A stretch of 32,000 nt of DNA, from the sequence record KC821634.1, one strand, 5' to 3'. Source of the stretch: Cellulophaga phage phi47:1. A model generated the notes under the pieces. That model ran no database searches and was not told the origin of the DNA. It was given only the letters and a program-made list of their open reading frames with translations. The position numbers and the translations under genes are program-made. The number at the start of each line of letters is the position of its first letter. Position 1 is the stretch's first letter. Positions 16,524-26,351 of the stretch are shown in pieces.

Positions 16524-17103
16524 AAAAATAGAAACGCAAGCTTTTGAAATTGTTAGAGATTTAATTGGTTACATTTTAAAAGATGAACTTGAGTCTCAGA
16601 AAATAATACATGGCTTTGCTGACGAAATTAATTTATATGTTGGTAGGTCTACTAGTTTTAATCAATCTGAGAAATTAATGATTAACGTTAGTCTTGACTC
16701 AGCTAATTACACAAACAGAAATCAAAGGTCAACTTCAGGAACTACTCAGTATTATATAGATATTTTTACTACAGCTAAAGAAAGTGAAAACGAATTAGGC
16801 GGTACTGCTTCAAGTAGAAATAGAGATAAGTTTGTAGGCCTTTGCCGCTCAATCCTTAGTGATACACATTATAAAACGCTTTCTTTACCAGCTGGAACAA
16901 TTGCTTCAGCAGGAATTGAAGGGTTTGAAAACTTTAACGCCGCAGATCAAAAAGACTCGTCTTTTGTAACTGCTGGAAGATTAATTTACACCGTAAAGTT
17001 AATTGAAGAACAAAGTTTGTGGGATGGTGTTGAAATAAATGCTATATTTACAGATATAAAGTTAGAACTTACTGAAAAGGGTTATAAATACATAAAAGAT
17101 TAA
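16507..17103 (+). CDS. Putative tail completion/terminator protein
   Basis: 198 aa immediately upstream of the sheath gene; 'GTTQYYIDIFTTAKES' resembles connector/terminator proteins. Confidence 0.4.
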   Translation: MSLITKKIETQAFEIVRDLIGYILKDELESQKIIHGFADEINLYVGRSTSFNQSEKLMINVSLDSANYTNRNQRSTSGTTQYYIDIFTTAKESENELGGTASSRNRDKFVGLCRSILSDTHYKTLSLPAGTIASAGIEGFENFNAADQKDSSFVTAGRLIYTVKLIEEQSLWDGVEINAIFTDIKLELTEKGYKYIKD

Positions 17104-17122
17104 TAATTAAATATTTAATAAG

Positions 17123-18649
17123 ATGTCAGGAATAAGTACTGCAATTGGCTCCGAAAGACTTGCTAGAGTTGACGGTTACAAGATTAAGAAAGGCTTTTTT
17201 GATAATGTCACAAGTAACTTGCCTCAAGTTATCGCGATATTCGGAGAAGCTAATACAGCAAACCAAGCTGGTTTATCTGTATTAAAAAAAGAAATAACAT
17301 CAGCTCTAGAAGCTGCTCAAACTTATGGATACGGTTCTCCTATTCATCAGCAAATGAGAATTCTAAGACCTGAAAATTCAGACGGAGTTGGCGGTATTCC
17401 AACAATTGTTTTTCCTCAATTGTCAGACGTAGCTGCTACGGAAACAGTAAAAGAATGGACTATATCTGGAGTAGCTACAAAGAACGCTACACATTACGCG
17501 GTGATAGCTGGTCGACGTTCGTTGGATTTTCAAAGTTATAGCTATTCTATAGCTAAAGGAGACACCGCTGCTCAAATAGCTTCAAAAATATCAGATGCTA
17601 TTAATGGAGTTTTGTCTAGTCCTGTAGTCGCTGTCGCTGTGGCTGCCGTAGTTACTATCACAACCAAATGGGCAGGCGCTACTAGTGCTGAGCTTGATGT
17701 TAAATTTGATAACAATGAAAACGACGCTGGTATAAGTTACTCTCAGACAGATGAAACTTTAGGCTCTGGTGCTGTTGATTTAGCTGATTCTTTATCTCAA
17801 TTTGGAACTGATTGGTATACTATTTTGACTCACTCTTATGGAGCTAACCCTTTAATACTTGATGCTCTTGAGCAGTACAATGGTTTTCCTGACGATGAAA
17901 ATCCTACAGGAAACTATGAAGGAAGAAAGTTTACTCCTTTCGTAGCTTTATTCGGAAGTACTTTAGCTGACAAAGATGATTTAGCTCTTATAACTGATGA
18001 TTCTGACAGAGTTGAACAAATAACCAATGTTTTATGCCCAGCACCTAATTCAAAAGGATTTAGTGGCGAAGCTGCTGCTAACGTGTGTGCTTTATTGTCT
18101 AGAGTAGCTCAAGACAATCCTGAACTTGATGTATCAGATAAATACTATACTGATATGCCAACTCCTGATAGCGGTGTGATTGGAGATATGTCAGATTACA
18201 ACAATAGAGATTTCTTAGTTAAGAAAGGTTGTTCTACTGTCATACTTGAAAATGGTGCTTACAATCTACAGGATTTAGTCACTACATATCACCCTGAAGG
18301 TGAGAAGCCGCTACAATATTCTTATACTAGAAATTTGATGATTGACTGGAATATCAAGGATGGTTATCAAATACTTGAAAAAAGAAATGTATTAGACCAC
18401 GTTCTTGTTTTAGATGGTCAAGTAACTGATGCGTCCAAGAGTGTTAAGCCTAAGCAATGGAAAGCAGTTCTTTTTGATTATATTGATTCTTTAGGAGTTA
18501 AAGCTATTATAAAAGATACTCAGTTTAGTAAAGACAGTTTAAAGGTTGAAATTGATACTGATAATCCTAATCGTTTTAACTGTACATTTAGATACAAAAG
18601 AACTGGGATTGCTAGAATAGTTTCCACGGACGTAGAGGCGGGATTTTAA
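17123..18649 (+). CDS. Contractile tail sheath protein
   Basis: 508 aa. 'PQVIAIFGEANTANQ', 'TYGYGSPIHQQMRIL', C-terminal 'PLQYSYTRNLMIDWNIKDGYQILEKRNVLDHVL' typical of Mu-like sheaths. Confidence 0.85.
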   Translation: MSGISTAIGSERLARVDGYKIKKGFFDNVTSNLPQVIAIFGEANTANQAGLSVLKKEITSALEAAQTYGYGSPIHQQMRILRPENSDGVGGIPTIVFPQLSDVAATETVKEWTISGVATKNATHYAVIAGRRSLDFQSYSYSIAKGDTAAQIASKISDAINGVLSSPVVAVAVAAVVTITTKWAGATSAELDVKFDNNENDAGISYSQTDETLGSGAVDLADSLSQFGTDWYTILTHSYGANPLILDALEQYNGFPDDENPTGNYEGRKFTPFVALFGSTLADKDDLALITDDSDRVEQITNVLCPAPNSKGFSGEAAANVCALLSRVAQDNPELDVSDKYYTDMPTPDSGVIGDMSDYNNRDFLVKKGCSTVILENGAYNLQDLVTTYHPEGEKPLQYSYTRNLMIDWNIKDGYQILEKRNVLDHVLVLDGQVTDASKSVKPKQWKAVLFDYIDSLGVKAIIKDTQFSKDSLKVEIDTDNPNRFNCTFRYKRTGIARIVSTDVEAGF

Positions 18650-18671
18650 TTAACTTAATAATACAAATAAA

Positions 18672-19082
18672 ATGGCAAATTATACAGGAGGTGATTTTGT
18701 TGAAATTACATGTAATCACCCAACATTAGGAAACTTCGTCTTTGCAACAAAGTCCGACGAAGCATATACAATGGACCCAGGAGGTTTCAGATCCGATGAC
18801 GATGCTGCAGGTGTTACTGGTGGCGGAGATTTCATTGATAAGATTAAAAGAGTTAGATGGAGCTTTGAAGGCCCTTTGATGATTGATTTAGCTGCTGGTA
18901 CTGAAATGAACAGCTTACAAGCTATATCAGCTTCGTTCGAACAAGGGACATGGACTTTTAGTCATATTACCGGAGCAGTTTTTAGAGGTAAAGGTAAATT
19001 TGTTGGCGACATACAAATTGATACAAAAGAGTCTCAAATAGCCGCTAAGATTTCCGGCGGTGGAAAGATGGAAATACTTTAA
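18672..19082 (+). CDS. Tail tube protein
   Basis: 136 aa directly after the sheath; 'GTWTFSHITGAVFRGKGKFVGDIQIDTKESQIAAKISGGGKMEIL'. Confidence 0.75.
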   Translation: MANYTGGDFVEITCNHPTLGNFVFATKSDEAYTMDPGGFRSDDDAAGVTGGGDFIDKIKRVRWSFEGPLMIDLAAGTEMNSLQAISASFEQGTWTFSHITGAVFRGKGKFVGDIQIDTKESQIAAKISGGGKMEIL

Positions 19083-19095
19083 TATTAATCTATTT

Positions 19096-19134
19096 AAAGC
19101 TGCATTAATAACAAACCAATGCAGCTTTATTTTT
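19096..19134 (+). terminator. Intrinsic terminator after the tube gene
   Basis: Perfect 11-bp stem AAAGCTGCATT (19096-19106) / AATGCAGCTTT (19118-19128), then atttttaa. Confidence 0.8.
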
Positions 19135-19147
19135 AACAACTTGAAAG

Positions 19148-19576
19148 ATGCAAAAAACAGTAGTGAGTACAGAGGTAGCAATTGAAGAAATTTCTAAATT
19201 TTTACAAATTCATTTACCCAAAGAATTTAGAAGAGGTAAAATGACAGAGGAAAAAATCAAAGAAGACTACATAGATGTAATTGAGGCAATTGAAGACGGA
19301 GTGTTGGTTTTCGATGAACACAACAAGCCATCTTATAAATTACAAAACCCTATTAAAAACGAGAACGGCGAAGCGGTTATAACAGAAATTTCTTTTAGAG
19401 CAAGAATCAAGGGTGCTGATAAAACTATTTTAATGAACGGAATTGATCCTAAAAAGCAATTAGGTGATTATATGATAAAGGTTATTTCATATATGACTCA
19501 ACTTGAATCTGCTTTAGTTAAAAAACTTGATAAGCAAGATTTTGAAGTTCTTAATCAAATTTGTTCAGTTTTTTAG
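19148..19576 (+). CDS. Tail assembly chaperone (Mu gp41-like), upstream product
   Basis: 142 aa between tube and tape measure, 'ISFRARIKGADKTILMNGIDPKKQLGDYMIKVISYMT'. Confidence 0.65.
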   Translation: MQKTVVSTEVAIEEISKFLQIHLPKEFRRGKMTEEKIKEDYIDVIEAIEDGVLVFDEHNKPSYKLQNPIKNENGEAVITEISFRARIKGADKTILMNGIDPKKQLGDYMIKVISYMTQLESALVKKLDKQDFEVLNQICSVF

Positions 19577-19746
19577 ACAGGTGGTCAGTTGGAAATCTTG
19601 ACGCTGAAATAAAAACCATAGTCAATGAATTTCACTGGTCACCAAATCAAATAGATGAACTATACTGTGACGATTTAGACCACCACGGTATAGTTTATTG
19701 GTTTGAACATCTTAAAAGTTTACATGCTAAAATGAATAAAAAATAA
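19555..19746 (+). CDS. -1 frame extension of the tail chaperone (programmed frameshift candidate)
   Basis: ORF in the -1 frame with no ATG near its start (the track uses TTG at 19561). It overlaps the end of 19148..19576 at GTTTTTTAG and ends immediately before the tape-measure ATG. Confidence 0.6.
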   Translation, partial: SNLFSFLDRWSVGNLDAEIKTIVNEFHWSPNQIDELYCDDLDHHGIVYWFEHLKSLHAKMNKK

Positions 19747-21693
19747 ATGGCTGCATCAATAAAAATACCAACAATATTTACAGCTGAAAACAAGTTTTCA
19801 GGAGTGCTTAATAGCATGGGTAGAGACTTAAAGTCTTTTGCTAAGACAGGAACTTCAGCTGTTAATAGATTAGACCAAAAAATAACAGGTGGTTTCAAGA
19901 AAATGTCTAATCTAGCTCAAGTAGCTCTAGGGCTTAGTATAGGAGCTGTCTTTATGCAAGGATTTAATGATGTCACGCAATTTGAAACCGGGCTGGTAGG
20001 AGTTTCGAAAACTACAGAAATAGTTGGCAGCGACTTAAAGAAACTTGGTCAAGATACTCTTAATTATTCAAATAAACTTAGAGGCGTATCAACTCACAAG
20101 CTTCTTGAATTAGAAGAGTCTGCTGGGCAATTAGGTGTCAAAGGTAGTGCTGATATTTTAAAATTTGCTGGAACACTTGCTAAGCTAGAAAAAGCTTCAG
20201 ATGTGCAAGGTGCTGAAGGCGCTTCAAATATAGTTAGGTTATTAACTTTAACTGGCGAAGGTGTTGGTGTAGTTGATAGATTTTCTTCAGCTTTAGTTAA
20301 TCTAGGAAACAATTCAGCAGCTACTGAAGGCGAAATTTTAGGAGTTAGTTCTGAGGTTGCTAGATCAGTAGCTGCTTATAAATTTACATCCGCTGAAATT
20401 TTAGGAGTTTCTACTGCTTTGAAATCGTTGGATGTTAGACCTGAAGCAGCTGGTACGGCTGTCGGAAAAGTAATGAGAGGGATTGAGCTAGCTACTATAA
20501 AAGGAGGAAAGCAGCTTGAAGGATTTTCTAAGATAATGGGAATGACTCCTAAAGAAGTTAAAAAAGCTTTTGCTGAGTCTCCTCAAAAATCTTTCAACAT
20601 GTTTATTAAAGGGCTTCAAAAAGTTTCCGACGAAGGCGGTTCTGTAGCTGAGTCTTTAATAGGAGTGGGTTTGAGCGGCGAAACAGTTTCAAAAGGAATA
20701 ATTCCATTAGCTACTAATTATTCGCTGTTAGAGGAAAAGATGAAGCTTGCAAATGACGGGTTTAAAGATAACTTAGCTTTAAACAAAGAATTCGACGCCG
20801 CTTCAGCTACTGTGCAAACTGCTTTAGATTCAGTTAAGAATAGTTGGTCAAACGTTATAATCAGTCAAGCTACTGCCGGCAGCGGATTAAGTAGACTACA
20901 AACCGTATTATTCTTCGTAGCTGACAACATGGAAACAGTGGTGGCTGTAGGAGCTGGATTAGTTGCTTCTTTTGCTTTAATGAAAGCCATAGTTTGGGGT
21001 ACTCAGGCAGCTGTATTTGCTTACAATGTAGTTATGGGTGTTTCAGCAGTTGTGACAGGAGGAATGACTAGAGCTATAGCGACAAACGGAGTGGCTTTAG
21101 TTGCTTACAAAGTTGCTATGGGTGTCTCTACAGCAGTTACTTGGCTAGCTACAGCAGCTACCACAGCTTTTGGAATAGCTTTGAATTTAAGCATCTGGCC
21201 TATTCTTTTAATCGTTGCAGCTATTGCCGCAGTCATCGCAATTATAATGAATTGGTCTGCTATTTCAGATTGGTTTATTGAGCAATGGGATAAATTTACT
21301 TCATTTATTGGGGCAGCGTGGGGAGCACTTGTTGATTGGTTTACTAATTTCGATTTCAAAGCTATGTTTGTTGATATAGGTCAATCAATTCTGAAATACA
21401 TGTTGATGCCTTTAAAAATGATGCTTACTCTACTGTCAAACGTTCCAGGTAAAATTGGAAATTTAGCTAAGCTAGGATTAGAAAAAATCGATGAAGTCAC
21501 GGGTGAAGTTAAAGTTGGTGCTGAAGGACTTCCTTCAACTACACAAGCTAGTAATGAAAACGTATCTAAGTCTATTTCTGAAAAGAACAGCAATGTCAAC
21601 TTGAATATAGTTGATAAAGGAGGTAATATTGGAAGCATTGAAAATAACGATAATGTTCCTATAAAAATAGGGAGTACGGTAGCAGACTTTTAA
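19747..21693 (+). CDS. Tape measure protein
   Basis: 648 aa with TP901-core-like 'GVSKTTEIVGSDLKKLGQDTLNYSNKLRGVS' and 'LKSLDVRPEAAGTAVGKVMRG', plus central hydrophobic alpha segments. Confidence 0.9.
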   Translation: MAASIKIPTIFTAENKFSGVLNSMGRDLKSFAKTGTSAVNRLDQKITGGFKKMSNLAQVALGLSIGAVFMQGFNDVTQFETGLVGVSKTTEIVGSDLKKLGQDTLNYSNKLRGVSTHKLLELEESAGQLGVKGSADILKFAGTLAKLEKASDVQGAEGASNIVRLLTLTGEGVGVVDRFSSALVNLGNNSAATEGEILGVSSEVARSVAAYKFTSAEILGVSTALKSLDVRPEAAGTAVGKVMRGIELATIKGGKQLEGFSKIMGMTPKEVKKAFAESPQKSFNMFIKGLQKVSDEGGSVAESLIGVGLSGETVSKGIIPLATNYSLLEEKMKLANDGFKDNLALNKEFDAASATVQTALDSVKNSWSNVIISQATAGSGLSRLQTVLFFVADNMETVVAVGAGLVASFALMKAIVWGTQAAVFAYNVVMGVSAVVTGGMTRAIATNGVALVAYKVAMGVSTAVTWLATAATTAFGIALNLSIWPILLIVAAIAAVIAIIMNWSAISDWFIEQWDKFTSFIGAAWGALVDWFTNFDFKAMFVDIGQSILKYMLMPLKMMLTLLSNVPGKIGNLAKLGLEKIDEVTGEVKVGAEGLPSTTQASNENVSKSISEKNSNVNLNIVDKGGNIGSIENNDNVPIKIGSTVADF

Positions 21694-21707
21694 TCTAAAT
21701 TAAAAAA

Positions 21708-22190
21708 ATGTCAATAACAAAAGATTTGAACTTATTTGAAAGCGGAAACGGCGGCGAATTAGCTATTCTAAGCAACGACCTTTCGCTTTCTGAAAGTTTA
21801 TACACGATAATATATATTTCGCTTTTTGGCGGTAACGTTGAAGCTTCTACGCTTGGAAACGAAATAGAGTCAGAGCAAAGATTTGATTATTGGGCTAATG
21901 GCTTATTAAATAAATCAAACCAAAGCAAACAGTTAAATTCAAGAACTGAAAAAGAGCTATTAAACAATGCAATTAACAGCGCAGGCAGGTTGAAGATTAA
22001 AAGCGCAATTGAAGAGGATTTATCTTTTTTAAAAAAAATAGTTAATTTAGATATAAATGTTGTAATTTTATCTCAGAATAGATTAGAGATAAGCATTTAT
22101 CTTGACTCTATTGGAAACCAAGCTGATAAAGGTTTTCAGTTTATATGGGACAACGCTAAGAAAGAGGTAATAATAGATAAAGATATATAA
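21708..22190 (+). CDS. Baseplate protein, gp46-like
   Basis: 160 aa. 'GELAILSNDLSLSESLYTIIYISLFGGNVEAST...RFDYWANGLL', immediately before the baseplate J-like gene. Confidence 0.7.
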   Translation: MSITKDLNLFESGNGGELAILSNDLSLSESLYTIIYISLFGGNVEASTLGNEIESEQRFDYWANGLLNKSNQSKQLNSRTEKELLNNAINSAGRLKIKSAIEEDLSFLKKIVNLDINVVILSQNRLEISIYLDSIGNQADKGFQFIWDNAKKEVIIDKDI

Positions 22191-23365
22191 TGGCTAATAT
22201 TCCAACTATTTTCGAAATCAATGCTAATATAGCTAATGATTTAAAGAATAAATTAGATTTAAGTGATAGCGGTTTAAAGAAAACTTTAGATGTATTCGCT
22301 GGTGTTTTAGCTGCTCAATTCAAATTAACTTACTTAGCTCTTTCTGACGTACAAAATCAATTATTCGTTGATACTGCTGATACAAGCGAAAACGGAGGTA
22401 CACTTGATAGGTGGGGAGATATTTGGCTTGGTAGAATAAGAAATTCAAGCTCATCAGGAGTATATGAAATCAGCCTTGATTTTGCCGAGAACTCAGTGCT
22501 AAGACAAAACTTAACTTTTAAGTCAAACGACGAAAGCTTTTCTCCTTCAATGCAGTATATTCTTGATGAACAAGAAACTTTAACTTCAAGCAACAATACA
22601 GTTCAAATAAGAAGCTTATTAGGTGGCTCCCAAGTGCTGCTCGAAGTAGGAGATACGCTTACTATAAATGAGCCGGTTATAGGAGTGGACCAGGTTGTTA
22701 CAGTTGTAGCGGTTGTTGAGCAGCCTTTGGAAGAGGAAAGTGTTGATGATTATAGGTCTGCTATTTTGCAAAGTATACAATTAGAGCCTCAAGGAGGAGC
22801 AAAGACTGATTATAGATTATGGGCTTCTGATGCTCAAGGTGTTAAATCAGTTTACCCTTATGTTAAAAACGAGCAAGCTGGAACGGTTCAAGTGTATCTA
22901 GAGTCAACAGTAGACGATAGTATAGACGGATACGGAACTCCTTCACAAGCATTAATTGATTCAGTTATTGAGGTTATAAATTTTGACCCCGACGAAACTA
23001 AACCTATAAATGATAGAGGAAGATTGCCAATACAAGTTACTCTTGAAGTTCTAAGTATTGCGCCAAACCCTGTAGACATCACAATAACTGGATTAGTTGA
23101 TGTGACTGATGAAATTAAATTAGCGGTTAGAGAAAACTTAGAAGATTATTTATCAGAAATAAGACCCTATGTAGCTGGAGCTGATTTAGCTAGAAATAAG
23201 AACGATATTGTTTATTCAGCAAGAGCTCAATCAGTAGTTGCTGACGTTTTAAGTTCTGATAATTTTTTCACATCATTTTCACTACTAGTTAATGGAGTCA
23301 ATCAGAATAGCTTTTTATTTTCCAGGGAAAATATCCCTTATTTAAGAAACTTAACTTTTGACTAA
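22190..23365 (+). CDS. Baseplate J-like protein (gp47-like)
   Basis: 391 aa. 'SGVYEISLDF', 'VTVVAVVEQPLEEESVDDYRSAILQSIQLEPQGGAKTDYRLWASDAQGVKSVYPYVKNEQAGTVQVYLES'. Confidence 0.9.
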   Translation: MANIPTIFEINANIANDLKNKLDLSDSGLKKTLDVFAGVLAAQFKLTYLALSDVQNQLFVDTADTSENGGTLDRWGDIWLGRIRNSSSSGVYEISLDFAENSVLRQNLTFKSNDESFSPSMQYILDEQETLTSSNNTVQIRSLLGGSQVLLEVGDTLTINEPVIGVDQVVTVVAVVEQPLEEESVDDYRSAILQSIQLEPQGGAKTDYRLWASDAQGVKSVYPYVKNEQAGTVQVYLESTVDDSIDGYGTPSQALIDSVIEVINFDPDETKPINDRGRLPIQVTLEVLSIAPNPVDITITGLVDVTDEIKLAVRENLEDYLSEIRPYVAGADLARNKNDIVYSARAQSVVADVLSSDNFFTSFSLLVNGVNQNSFLFSRENIPYLRNLTFD

Positions 23366-24126
23366 TGAGTGAAAAATCAGTACATAAATTAACCTTACCT
23401 CACGGAAAAAGTACTCCGCACAAATTTCCATTTGAAGTTGAGAATGAACTTGATATTATCAACAGTTTGTCAACTCAATTATACCCTACTGGTAGAGCTT
23501 GGTTTAAAAAAGAAGGAGGTGTTTTTGACAGTTTTCACGCTGCTATAAATACTTCTTTTGTTAGAGTACTAGCAGATAGCCAACAGCTTATTGATGGAAA
23601 TTTACCTGACAATGAAAATTTTACTGAAGAAGATGCTTCTTTGTGGGAGTATAGATTGGGTTTACCTGTAAATAAAAGCATTGACTTAGAATTAAGAAAA
23701 GCATCAGTGAAAAGAAAGCTAGGGCACCCTAACAACGTTAAAGCTAGGCAACACAGCACTTTCATAGAAGCTCAATTGCAATTAGTTGGATTTGATGTTT
23801 ACGTGCATGAGAATACGTTTCCTTACAAGCTTCCTAGTGAATTAGCTAATCTCCAATTAAAAGAAGTTCAACACGGAGGAGGTACTCAACACGGAGCTGG
23901 TACACAGCATGGAGGTGATAGTTTTGATATAATTGCGAATAGTATAGATGAAGTTGAATCTTATGCAATTGGAGAAGAAAGTTTATGGGCTACTTTTTTT
24001 ATAGGAGGAAAGGAATTAGGTAGTACCGCAAACGTAGATAAAAATAGGTTGAGAGAATTTAAGGAATTAATAATAAAGTTGAAACCAGCTCATTTAGTTG
24101 TTTTTACCTTTGTAAACTATATTTAA
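23365..24126 (+). CDS. gp48-like baseplate wedge/tail protein
   Basis: 253 aa. 'QLYPTGRAWFKKEGGVFDSFHAAIN', 'SLWEYRLGLPVNKSIDLELRKASVKRKLG', 'LKPAHLVVFTFVNYI'. It follows the J-like gene. Confidence 0.75.
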   Translation: MSEKSVHKLTLPHGKSTPHKFPFEVENELDIINSLSTQLYPTGRAWFKKEGGVFDSFHAAINTSFVRVLADSQQLIDGNLPDNENFTEEDASLWEYRLGLPVNKSIDLELRKASVKRKLGHPNNVKARQHSTFIEAQLQLVGFDVYVHENTFPYKLPSELANLQLKEVQHGGGTQHGAGTQHGGDSFDIIANSIDEVESYAIGEESLWATFFIGGKELGSTANVDKNRLREFKELIIKLKPAHLVVFTFVNYI

Positions 24127-24130
24127 AGAA

Positions 24131-25162
24131 ATGGCTAGAGATAAAGCAAAATTGCAGAACATAAATTTAAGTGACTTAGTAAATTACCCGAACGGCAGAA
24201 TAGCTGATAATACTGGAGCTGGCGACGGTACACCTGTAAGCGAAGTTACCTACGGTGATATTCACGAAACTTATGCTAAGTTAATGAGGTTATCAGGTTT
24301 AAAATACAACGACTTACCAGATAATGAGGAAAACGGCTACCAACTAGTTGAAGCGATTAGATCTTTGCCTAGCAAGAATGATTTGATTTTAAATCTAGCT
24401 ATTTCTTCAAATGTTTACACCGTGCCGCTAAGAATGGATAGTTTAATTGAGGGTGAAAGTTTTATATTGAAAGCTACTGTAGCTAAATCATCAAGTACCA
24501 GTATAAGAGGAACTTTAGACAATAAAACTAAGTCAGTAAGCGTAGTAGGTGATTTTAAAGTTAACGAATACGTTAGAATGCTAGTTACATCTAATTCTAT
24601 ACTAATTACAAGGCTGATAGATGCGGTTAATTTGAATTCAGCGGTTAATGACTTGCTTTACTTAAAAGCAGCTACTTCAGCGCAAGATTTAGCAGGCACC
24701 TTGATTAATGTAGCACTCACGCCTAAGTCTTCCGCAGACACTTATGCAAACAAAACGATAGGCGCTACTAGCGGAAATTTTTTAGCTACTACAGCGAGAA
24801 ACGGTCACTTAAGTAAAGAGGATAAACTTAGAATAGACAATTTAGCAAGTCCTGAAGATTTAATAAAAGTAGACAGCGGAACAAAGGATGTTGAAAACTT
24901 TAAATCAGGTAGAGATTCTGCAAATCCTAATAACAACTTCTCTTTTAATTATGCAGATGTTTTTCCTCCATCAGGCAAGACAATAGCTAATTTAAAAGGA
25001 TTTATAGCTTCTATTTCTGAAATTAATTTTGTAGGTGAAGTTGATAGCAATGATACTTTATATTGCAAATGGAGAATCGAAACTAATAAAGTAAGAATTA
25101 TTTGTAGCAACTCAGAAAGTCGCTCAGCTGCAAAGGTTCAGTATATGGCGATTTGGATATAA
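24131..25162 (+). CDS. Tail-fibre-like protein 1
   Basis: 343 aa. N-terminal block 'VNYPNGRIADNTGAGDGTPVSEVTYGDIHETYAKLMRLSGL' shared with the next gene. Confidence 0.6.
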   Translation: MARDKAKLQNINLSDLVNYPNGRIADNTGAGDGTPVSEVTYGDIHETYAKLMRLSGLKYNDLPDNEENGYQLVEAIRSLPSKNDLILNLAISSNVYTVPLRMDSLIEGESFILKATVAKSSSTSIRGTLDNKTKSVSVVGDFKVNEYVRMLVTSNSILITRLIDAVNLNSAVNDLLYLKAATSAQDLAGTLINVALTPKSSADTYANKTIGATSGNFLATTARNGHLSKEDKLRIDNLASPEDLIKVDSGTKDVENFKSGRDSANPNNNFSFNYADVFPPSGKTIANLKGFIASISEINFVGEVDSNDTLYCKWRIETNKVRIICSNSESRSAAKVQYMAIWI

Positions 25163-25172
25163 TTTAAAAGAT

Positions 25173-26351
25173 ATGAGAACGATAAAAAATTTAGCATTAC
25201 CTCAAGATTCTGATTATGTTAATTTTCCTGATGGAAGAGTTAGAAACGAAACTGTCACCGCAGCGGGAACTCCTGTAGTTGAAGAGGTTTACGGTGATCT
25301 ACTTCAAAACTTCTACAAGATTATAAGAAGCTCAGGTCTTGAAATTACTGAAACAGCTGACAGCGAAGGAACTCAGTTTCAATTACTTGACGCTTTAAAG
25401 ATTTTTGCTAACGAAGTTAATGACCTGAAGCAAACTCTTACAGTTAATCAAGGTGAAATTTCTACGCTATTAAATCTAGATACTCTTCCTGATGATTACG
25501 TGTTCATAGGTAAAATAACTGAAGATATTTCAGCTAACAACATCTACTTGTTGAACGGTACTGGTGAGGTTTTGGTAAATGCTGTATCTACTAGCGATGT
25601 AAAAGCTTCTAGTCTTGTATTAGTTGTATTAAGTCAAGTAGGGTATTCAAGTATAACTGATTTAACCGTAGCAGCTGAAGATTTGAAGAGTTTGAGTGTG
25701 TCATTAGGAACGCCTTTATCATTCAACAGCACTAAGAATTTGATGTATTTTTCCGACGGTAAAATTATAACTGATTACCCTAAGGTGTATGACGTACAAC
25801 AAGCAATCAACGACAGCTTAATGACGAGCGATTTTGTCGCTATTGATTGTTTCACTGTAAAAGAAAAATTATTGTGCTATGCATTTAATAAAACCAACTC
25901 AACTTATCATTTATTCTCTTTCTTAGCTAGCAACCCTGGAGCTCTTGAAGGAGAAGTCACTTTTATTAAAAGCGTTAACGCTGCTGAAAATAAACCACTA
26001 ATCTATACGAATGGTCAATTCTTATTCATAACTAATACTGAAAATGAATTTGGTGACATTGCTAGTCACAATAAAATTGGTAAATATTTGTTTGACGAAG
26101 TTGCTTTAGAGATTACTCTTGACACTAGTTTGACAATAGAAAGCTCTTTTTTCAAGAGTACGAATTGCTTCATAAACGAAGCTGGTTCTGATATTTATTC
26201 TATGTTATTAGGACAGTTGAATAAATACAGCTTAGAAAATAATACCGTAGAAGATTTAGGTAACTTTCAATCAAATAACGGACAGGTATTTAGATTCAAT
26301 AAACAAACTTATTTCTATAACGGCAGCAATGCAGCTAAATGGAATTACTAA
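25173..26351 (+). CDS. Tail-fibre-like protein 2
   Basis: 392 aa. N-terminal block 'VNFPDGRVRNETVTAAGTPVVEEVYGDLLQNFYKIIRSSGL' paralogous to 24131..25162, with a different C-terminal body. Confidence 0.6.
   Translation: MRTIKNLALPQDSDYVNFPDGRVRNETVTAAGTPVVEEVYGDLLQNFYKIIRSSGLEITETADSEGTQFQLLDALKIFANEVNDLKQTLTVNQGEISTLLNLDTLPDDYVFIGKITEDISANNIYLLNGTGEVLVNAVSTSDVKASSLVLVVLSQVGYSSITDLTVAAEDLKSLSVSLGTPLSFNSTKNLMYFSDGKIITDYPKVYDVQQAINDSLMTSDFVAIDCFTVKEKLLCYAFNKTNSTYHLFSFLASNPGALEGEVTFIKSVNAAENKPLIYTNGQFLFITNTENEFGDIASHNKIGKYLFDEVALEITLDTSLTIESSFFKSTNCFINEAGSDIYSMLLGQLNKYSLENNTVEDLGNFQSNNGQVFRFNKQTYFYNGSNAAKWNY

Noticed and set aside
18927-22596. Minus-strand ORFs in tube, tape-measure and baseplate genes (18927, 19695, 20094, 21105, 21381, 22357)
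   Set aside because: All are antisense within well-supported structural genes and no expression signals were seen.
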